DNA of 57,117 nt from NCBI GenBank assembly GCA_003445715.1, contig DMCS01000040.1, forward strand, positions 967-58,083, given 5' to 3'. Positions 39,680 to 45,480 of the stretch are shown here, piece after piece; within the stretch, counting starts at the first letter, position 1, and every line of letters begins with the position of its first letter. The position numbers and the translations under genes are program-made. This DNA is from Candidatus Mesolinea sp. (GTDB taxonomy: Bacteria > Chloroflexota > Anaerolineae > Anaerolineales > Anaerolineaceae). The notes below the pieces were generated by a model. The model searched no databases. It had not been told where the DNA came from and worked only from the letters and a program-made list of their open reading frames with translations.

Positions 39680-40429
39680 ATGGCAAAATATAAACAGCGC
39701 AAGCGTAATCTCTATGAAAACACTTCCGATACTTATGCAATCTCACGATCTAAGATAGACCTGTTTATCAACTGCCCGCGTTGTTTTTATCTTGATAGGA
39801 AGCTTGGCTTGGCTCAGCCTTCCATGCCAGGCTGGCCTCTCAATTCTGCAGTTGATTACCTTCTGAAGCAGGAATTTGACTATTATCGAAAACTGCAACA
39901 ACCTCACCCAATTATGCTTCAATATGGCATTGATGCCGTCCCTTTTTCTCATCCCGATTTACCATTTTGGCGAGATGACGTCTACCATTATGTGGGGGCT
40001 TCCGTTGTGGATGAACAAACTGGTTTCCAGGTTCAGGGAATTATTGATGATGTATGGATCACACCTCAAGGGGAACTCCACATCGTAGACTACAAGTCCA
40101 CTTCTACCTCCAGTGAAATTAGTTTAGAAGATGAATATAAACGGCCTTACAAGCGTCAAATGGAAGTCTACCAATGGATTTTCAGGAAAATGGGCTTTAA
40201 GGTCTCCTCGGTGGGGTATTTTGTTTTTGCTAATGCTTTGAAGGACCGCGATTTTTTTGATAACAAACTTGAGTTTGAACTAACGATTCTCTCTCATCAC
40301 GGGGACGATTCTTGGGTTAGTCCCACTCTGATGGAAATGAAAACAGTTCTGGATAGCGATACTTTACCAGAGGCAAATCCTGATTGCGAATATTGTGAAT
40401 ACCGCCGGTTAATCAAAGAAGTGGAATAG
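39680..40429 (+). CDS. PD-(D/E)XK nuclease, Cas4/RecB-like with Cys cluster
   Basis: 249 aa. N-terminal CPRCFY, GIIDDV, the nuclease core IVDYKST, QMEVY, and C-terminal CEYCEY (2+2 Cys, potentially an Fe-S or Zn site). SD AAGGAGG lies upstream. Confidence 0.75.
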   Translation: MAKYKQRKRNLYENTSDTYAISRSKIDLFINCPRCFYLDRKLGLAQPSMPGWPLNSAVDYLLKQEFDYYRKLQQPHPIMLQYGIDAVPFSHPDLPFWRDDVYHYVGASVVDEQTGFQVQGIIDDVWITPQGELHIVDYKSTSTSSEISLEDEYKRPYKRQMEVYQWIFRKMGFKVSSVGYFVFANALKDRDFFDNKLEFELTILSHHGDDSWVSPTLMEMKTVLDSDTLPEANPDCEYCEYRRLIKEVE

Positions 40430-40647
40430 TCAAAAAGGGGAGCACATTGTTCCATGTCCGTTTAGGCACCAAAAAATCCCACAATCTGCCGGCGCCATGT
40501 TAATGCTCATGCCGATGATGGAGATCGGGCGTGTTTTTGTATTCCTGTGTTTCGTGAGTATGTATGTGGTTGTGGAAATGACTGTGTAGGATCTGCCTCT
40601 TAATGAACAATGCGCGTTAAAAACCTACCAATTATCTGAAATATTAG

Positions 40648-40671
40648 AGCGGGTGATGGGATTCGAACCCA
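40648..40671. repeat. Direct repeat copy 1 (orphan copy of tRNA-Gly 3' end; distal att site of island)
   Basis: AGCGGGTGATGGGATTCGAACCCA is identical to 42997-43020. The flanking bases differ on both sides. Confidence 0.85.
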
Positions 40672-40739
40672 TGGTACGGTATAATAGATAAATGATATAG
40701 GCTAATCTTAGTAAATTATCACAATAAATTTGCAATCAT

Positions 40740-42242
40740 ATGAAAACAATAATCGATCTTTCTAATGAAGAAGCAAAAGTTTATTTTCTTAAGGGAAGTA
40801 GCTATTTTAATAATGATTTGCCCAACTATGTTAGCTTTGAACCAATTCTAACTAATGTTTTGAAAATATTAGACGGAAATGATATCAAAATATTCCAAAA
40901 AAGAAATCCAAGTGATTTTTCAGATGTAAATTATAGTTTAATCACTAACAAAGATGGTAAATTTGCTTGGCGGCCGATTGAATTAATTCATCCAGTAATT
41001 TATGTTTCTTTAGTAAATTTGATATGTGAACCTACTAACTGGGCTATTATTTTGCAACGTTTATCAGAATTTGAGAGTGGGCCAATTGACTGCTGCAGCT
41101 TGCCGACGGTATCTACTGATCAACAAAAAGATGTTGAGGAGACAATAAAAAATTGGTGGCAAGAAATTGAGCAAAAATCTTTAAAACTTTCTTTAGAATA
41201 TAGCCACATCCTTCAAACTGATGTAGTAGATTGTTATGGTTCTCTTTATACACACAGTATTCCTTGGGCAATTCATGGACGTGATGAATCAAAGAAAAAA
41301 AGAGCGGATAAATCTCTATTAGGAAATAAAATTGATAGTCTAATCCAAGCGGGTAGATATGGACAAACCAATGGAATTTCTCAAGGTTCGACTTTAATGG
41401 ACTTTATAGCGGAACTTGTTCTTGGATTTGTTGACTCACAAATCAGTCAAGAATTAAAAGATAAAAAAATAGAGGATTTTCATATTCTTAGATATCGTGA
41501 TGATTATAGAATTTTTGGGAACAGCGATGAGACGGTTGAAGCTATTTTACAAGTGGTTAGTGAAAAATTAAGAATGGTGGGCATGAAATTAGGAACATCC
41601 AAGACACAATTAAGCAGAAATATTGTAGGTGGATCTATAAAACCAGATAAATTAGCTGCTATAGCGTTGTCTGATTTAGGGGAAGAAAATGCACAGACAT
41701 TACAAAAGCAACTTCTTCGGCTTCATTCTTTTGGCCTACAATATCCTAACAGTGGTGCGCTTCGACGTTTACTTAGTATTTATTATAAAAATTTATCTGA
41801 TAACAAGGGAAAGCCAAAAGACCTTGAGGTATTATTAGCAATTGCAACTGATATTGGGTTTGTTTCCCCATCTACCTTTCCAGGTATAGCTGGTATATTA
41901 AGCTATTTGCTCTCACTAGCTCCACCTGGACAAAAAAATAACTTGTGGGATAAGGTACTCAAGAAAATGAAGCATATTCCTTATAATGGATTTCTTGAAA
42001 TATGGCTTCAACGAATAGTCGTACCAAAAGAAATAAACATCTCGTTTGAAAGTGCTGAGGCAATATGTAGAATTGTTAATGGTCAATCCATAAATTTGTG
42101 GGAAAACGGATGGATTTCTAATAATGATCTCAAGAAGGCATTAGATACCTCAAATATTGTCGTAAAGATTGCATCTGAAGTAGAGGAAGTTGTCCAATAT
42201 GACGAAATCGCATTATTCAACCAGAAGGCAATAGAATATTAG
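40740..42242 (+). CDS. Reverse transcriptase, UG/Abi/DRT-like (defence-associated type)
   Basis: 500 aa. Motif A LQTDVVDCYGSLYTHSI (Asp161). Motif B GISQGSTLMDFIAELVL. Motif C ILRYRDDYRIF (Asp254-Asp255). KLGTSKT beta-hairpin motif. About 150 aa N-terminal extension and about 200 aa helical C-terminal region. Confidence 0.85.
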   Translation: MKTIIDLSNEEAKVYFLKGSSYFNNDLPNYVSFEPILTNVLKILDGNDIKIFQKRNPSDFSDVNYSLITNKDGKFAWRPIELIHPVIYVSLVNLICEPTNWAIILQRLSEFESGPIDCCSLPTVSTDQQKDVEETIKNWWQEIEQKSLKLSLEYSHILQTDVVDCYGSLYTHSIPWAIHGRDESKKKRADKSLLGNKIDSLIQAGRYGQTNGISQGSTLMDFIAELVLGFVDSQISQELKDKKIEDFHILRYRDDYRIFGNSDETVEAILQVVSEKLRMVGMKLGTSKTQLSRNIVGGSIKPDKLAAIALSDLGEENAQTLQKQLLRLHSFGLQYPNSGALRRLLSIYYKNLSDNKGKPKDLEVLLAIATDIGFVSPSTFPGIAGILSYLLSLAPPGQKNNLWDKVLKKMKHIPYNGFLEIWLQRIVVPKEINISFESAEAICRIVNGQSINLWENGWISNNDLKKALDTSNIVVKIASEVEEVVQYDEIALFNQKAIEY

Positions 42243-42348
42243 ATTAATTAATACTAGAAACCAAAATAACATTAACTTTTATCTAAACAGATACATATAA
42301 TAACTCACTGTGGCAAGTGATTCGATTCGAATTACAATCTATAATTAA

Positions 42349-42954
42349 TTGGATATGGATAATCAATCAAAATCAAAATGGGAACATTTTCTTGACCCAG
42401 AAGTTTTAAGGCCAAACTTAATTTTTGCATCAATTTATATTGCTGCTTTTGAAATCCTGCAAAATTCTATTGTTGAGCGGATTAAAGATTTTTATACAAT
42501 AGAATTTAATGAAAATGGTTCGATAATCATGCCTGAATATCAAGAAGACGTTTTATCCAAAGATAAAAGTCATACTTATGCTTCGCTGAAATGGCTAAAA
42601 GAAAATAGTGCAATTGATGATGAAGATTTTGAAAAGTTCGAGAAAATCAAAGATTATCGTAATCTTTTGGCTCATGAGATTTCAAGAATGTTGATGGATG
42701 GTCTACCGCCTGATATTGGAGATAGATTTAAGGACATGATTTCATTATTAGACAAGATAGAAAAATGGTGGATTATCAATTTTGAGATTCCGATAAATCC
42801 GGACTTCGATGGTAAACACGACGAAATTAATGAAAGCGAAATATTTCCCGGACCAATTTTGATCTTGAAAATAATGATTGATGTTGCTCTCGGATCTGAA
42901 GAAGAGGCAAATTTCTATATAAATGAATATAAGAAAAGCTTAAGAAGCTCATAA
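42349..42954 (+). CDS. HEPN-like (Rx4H) putative RNase effector partner of the RT
   Basis: 201 aa, soluble and predicted helical by eye. KIKDYRNLLAHEIS contains R104-N-L-L-A-H109, the HEPN Rx4-6H signature with Asn after Arg. The start could be TTG 42349 or ATG 42355. Confidence 0.5.
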   Translation: MDMDNQSKSKWEHFLDPEVLRPNLIFASIYIAAFEILQNSIVERIKDFYTIEFNENGSIIMPEYQEDVLSKDKSHTYASLKWLKENSAIDDEDFEKFEKIKDYRNLLAHEISRMLMDGLPPDIGDRFKDMISLLDKIEKWWIINFEIPINPDFDGKHDEINESEIFPGPILILKIMIDVALGSEEEANFYINEYKKSLRSS

Positions 42955-42996
42955 TCAATTTTGGGGGAAAACATAATGCTGAAAGGGCGGAAAAAA

Positions 42997-43020
42997 AGCG
43001 GGTGATGGGATTCGAACCCA
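42997..43020. repeat. Direct repeat copy 2 (within the intact tRNA-Gly 3' end; proximal att site)
   Basis: Identical 24-mer to 40648-40671. Covers tRNA positions from the 3' half of the T-arm through the discriminator base. Confidence 0.85.
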
Positions 43021-43068
43021 CGAATGGTAGCTTGGGAAGCTACTGCCTTACCACTTGGCGACACCCGC
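42997..43068 (-). tRNA. tRNA-Gly (anticodon CCC)
   Basis: Folded by hand. 7-bp acceptor stem GCGGGTG/CACCCGC. D-arm with GG loop. 5-bp anticodon stem GTAGC/GCTAC with loop TT-CCC-AA. 5-nt variable loop. T-arm GTGGG-TTCGAAT-CCCAT. U discriminator. CCA is not encoded. Confidence 0.9.
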
Positions 43069-43197
43069 TTTGCACATATATTTTATCGCAAATTTTCAAA
43101 ACGCAATCGCTTTGTCTCCAAAAAACACCAAATTTCTTTTTATCCTTATAATTAGGGTTGATCAGGCGCGATCGAAACTTAAAAAGGAGAGCAAACT

Positions 43198-43623
43198 ATG
43201 GACGCAAGTGCTAAGAGGGAGCAATTTCAGCGAAAAAAACCCTCAGCCCTAAAATTGTTTTTAAATTCGCGTGGTAATTCTTTTAAGTATGCTAGCCGAG
43301 GGTTGCGCTATGTCATCCGCACACAAAAAAACGCCTGGATCCATTCTGCGATAATGCTCGTAGTCATTGCAGTTAGTTTTTGGCTGCAATTAGAACGCAT
43401 GGAATGGGTAGCGATCCTTTTGGTCATTGGCATGGTATGGACGGCAGAATTTATTAATACCTCTTTAGAGAGCATTGTTGATATGACCAGCCCAGAGCGC
43501 CATCCGCTCGCGCAAGTAGGCAAGGATGTTGCTGCTGCAGCAGTTCTGTTTGCTGCGATTATCGCTGTTATTGTTGGAATCTTGGTTCTAGGCCCACATT
43601 TGCGAATTAAACTTGGGTTGTAA
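43198..43623 (+). CDS. dgkA: Diacylglycerol/undecaprenol kinase (DgkA family)
   Basis: 141 aa with 3 TM helices. R..N..IH, E.(I/L)NT..E..VD motifs. SD AAAGGAGAG lies upstream. Confidence 0.85.
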   Translation: MDASAKREQFQRKKPSALKLFLNSRGNSFKYASRGLRYVIRTQKNAWIHSAIMLVVIAVSFWLQLERMEWVAILLVIGMVWTAEFINTSLESIVDMTSPERHPLAQVGKDVAAAAVLFAAIIAVIVGILVLGPHLRIKLGL

Positions 43624-43703
43624 TAAAGTTGAATAAGGTTTCAACTTTTCATGGAAATTATTCATGTATACTATCGTCAGAAATTAATTGAAGGAGATTA
43701 TAA

Positions 43704-44057
43704 ATGATTAGTGAACCGATTCATGTGACTGACGCAGCATTCCAGAAGACCGTGCTGGAATCCCCCGTCCCTGTGATTGTGGACTTTTGGGCACCTTGGT
43801 GTGGTCCCTGCCGAATGGTTGCGCCCACCTTAGAGAAGGTTGCCAAAGAATATGCTGATAAACTCATCGTAGCTAAGGTCAACACCGATGAAAATCAACA
43901 ATGGGCAAGCAAATACAATGTAGAAGGTATTCCAACAATGTTAATGATCGCTGACGGGAAAGTGGTGCATCGCCAGGTGGGGGCATTACCTGAGCCGATG
44001 CTACGGGAGGTCATCGATCAGTTCTTGAAAGTAGTTGACGGCCACAAGAAGAACTAA
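43704..44057 (+). CDS. trxA: Thioredoxin
   Basis: 117 aa. Active site WAPWCGPCRM. SD GAAGGAGA lies upstream. Confidence 0.95.
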   Translation: MISEPIHVTDAAFQKTVLESPVPVIVDFWAPWCGPCRMVAPTLEKVAKEYADKLIVAKVNTDENQQWASKYNVEGIPTMLMIADGKVVHRQVGALPEPMLREVIDQFLKVVDGHKKN

Positions 44058-44163
44058 ACCCAATTAGAAAAAGAGAACATTATGCACTGTGCCCTAAAAG
44101 TTGGACAAAAAATCCGACAGAAAGGGTGCAGTGCCATTAGCCCTCTTTTTTTTTATTCTTTAT

Positions 44164-45450
44164 TTATTTATTCCCATTCTCGCGAACGATATCAGCGCCC
44201 AGCGCGGCTAATTTTTGATCGATGCGCTCATAACCACGATCAATCTGGCTCACGTTGCGGATAACAGAGGTTCCATTGGCAGAGAGCGCAGCCAGCACCA
44301 AGGCAATCCCCGCCCGGATATCAGGGCTATCTAACTTTTCACCATTGAGTCGTGTTGGTCCTTGCACAATGCAGCGGTGTGGATCACACAATACAATTTG
44401 AGCGCCCATTGAGACCAATTTATCCGTAAAGAACATGCGGCTGGGATACATCCAGTCATGAAAGAGGATGCTGCCAGTGGATTGTGTGGCAATCACGATG
44501 GCAATACTCATCAAGTCAGTGGGGAACGCTGGCCAGGGCATGACGCTAATCTCGGGAATGGCATTTCCAAAATCGGGTTCAATCACGAGCCGTTGATTGG
44601 AGCCAACCCAAATGTCATCTCCAATAAAGTCGAAATCTACGCCTAAGCGGCGCAGGACAAGTTGAATCATCTTGAGATGCTCAACGCCCGCGTTTTTGAT
44701 GCGGATTTCGCCATGCGTCACGACGGCTGCACCCACAAAACTTATCACTTCCAAGTAATCTGGGCCAATGGTAAACTCGCCGCCATGCAACTCCTGAACT
44801 CCGTCAATAATAAGTGTATTTGAGCCGATGTTCTTTATATCAGCGCCCAGCTGATTGAGGAACTGACAGAGTTGCTGGATGTGAGGTTCAGAGGCTGCGT
44901 TACGGATTATGGTACGTCCTTCAGCTTTCACCGCTGCCATAATGGTATTCTCAGTTGCCGTTACGCTAGCTTCATCCAGCAAGATTTCGGTTCCAATCAA
45001 TTTTGGGGCAGAAAAGTGAAAACAATTGTTGTACGAAAAAGTCGCTCCAAGCTTGTTGAGCGCTAATATGTGGGTATCTACACGCCGGCGCCCAATCACA
45101 TCTCCTCCTGGTGGGGGGAGTAAAAGATCCCCTGAACGCCCAAGCATAGGCCCAGCCAGCAAGATTGAAGCACGAATTTGCTGGCAAAGGTCGGGGTCAA
45201 GGTCGGAAGCACGAATATCTTTGGCAACGAACTCATATGAAGAAGCGTCGACCTGCCGTACCTGGACGCCCAAGCTTTCCATTAGTTTACGCATCGTTTG
45301 GGTATCGGTAATGTTGGGCATATTATGCAAAACGATCGGTTCTTCGGTTAGCAAACAAGCTGCCATTAGTGGAAGGGCAGCATTTTTATTACCAGACGGG
45401 ATCATAGACCCAGTTAGAGGTTTTCCCCCATGAATGATGAATTTATCCAT
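44164..45450 (-). CDS. murA: UDP-N-acetylglucosamine 1-carboxyvinyltransferase
   Basis: 428 aa. SGNKNAALP, the catalytic-loop region PPGGDVIGRRRVD (Asp rather than Cys at the loop position, as in some MurA lineages), and the PAFPTD motif. Confidence 0.95.
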   Translation of the reverse strand: MDKFIIHGGKPLTGSMIPSGNKNAALPLMAACLLTEEPIVLHNMPNITDTQTMRKLMESLGVQVRQVDASSYEFVAKDIRASDLDPDLCQQIRASILLAGPMLGRSGDLLLPPPGGDVIGRRRVDTHILALNKLGATFSYNNCFHFSAPKLIGTEILLDEASVTATENTIMAAVKAEGRTIIRNAASEPHIQQLCQFLNQLGADIKNIGSNTLIIDGVQELHGGEFTIGPDYLEVISFVGAAVVTHGEIRIKNAGVEHLKMIQLVLRRLGVDFDFIGDDIWVGSNQRLVIEPDFGNAIPEISVMPWPAFPTDLMSIAIVIATQSTGSILFHDWMYPSRMFFTDKLVSMGAQIVLCDPHRCIVQGPTRLNGEKLDSPDIRAGIALVLAALSANGTSVIRNVSQIDRGYERIDQKLAALGADIVRENGNK

Positions 45451-45480
45451 AGGAACTCCTTTCCAAATAGCAAACAGCTA

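Larger units (their letters stand above)
40648..43020. mobile_element. tRNA-Gly-associated AT-rich mini genomic island (integrase-less) carrying an RT + HEPN-like gene pair
   Basis: A perfect 24-bp direct repeat of the tRNA 3' end brackets 2325 bp of visibly AT-rich DNA. The geometry is canonical for integration into a tRNA 3' end. No recombinase gene lies inside. Confidence 0.65.

Noticed and set aside
40672-42242. Retron interpretation of the RT gene
   Set aside because: Retron RTs are typically about 300-350 aa and are preceded by an msr/msd region with long inverted repeats. Here the RT is 500 aa with large extensions. Only 68 nt of non-coding DNA lie upstream, and I see no flanking inverted repeats.
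40672-42996. Group II intron interpretation of the RT gene
   Set aside because: I recognise no maturase (X) or endonuclease domain. There is no structured intron RNA flanking the ORF (no domain V-like hairpin or conserved 5' GUGYG). The element is bounded by tRNA-derived direct repeats rather than exon junctions.
42827-43021. 64-aa minus-strand ORF starting in the tRNA and running antisense to the HEPN-like gene
   Set aside because: It would start within the tRNA gene and is antisense to a better-supported CDS. It has no motif.
43055-43252. 65-aa plus-strand ORF from the track
   Set aside because: It begins inside the tRNA-Gly gene and runs through the dgkA promoter and SD region into dgkA in another frame. 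It is a low-complexity translation and looks spurious.
44058-44163. Possible bidirectional terminator or structured element between trxA and murA
   Set aside because: An imperfect 12-bp stem (GCACTGTGCCCT / AGGGTGCAGTGC, with two G-U pairs) encloses a long loop, and a T-run follows only after a further spacer. The geometry is too loose for a confident call. The 60-aa ORF at 44082-44264 that spans it overlaps the murA 3' end and looks spurious.
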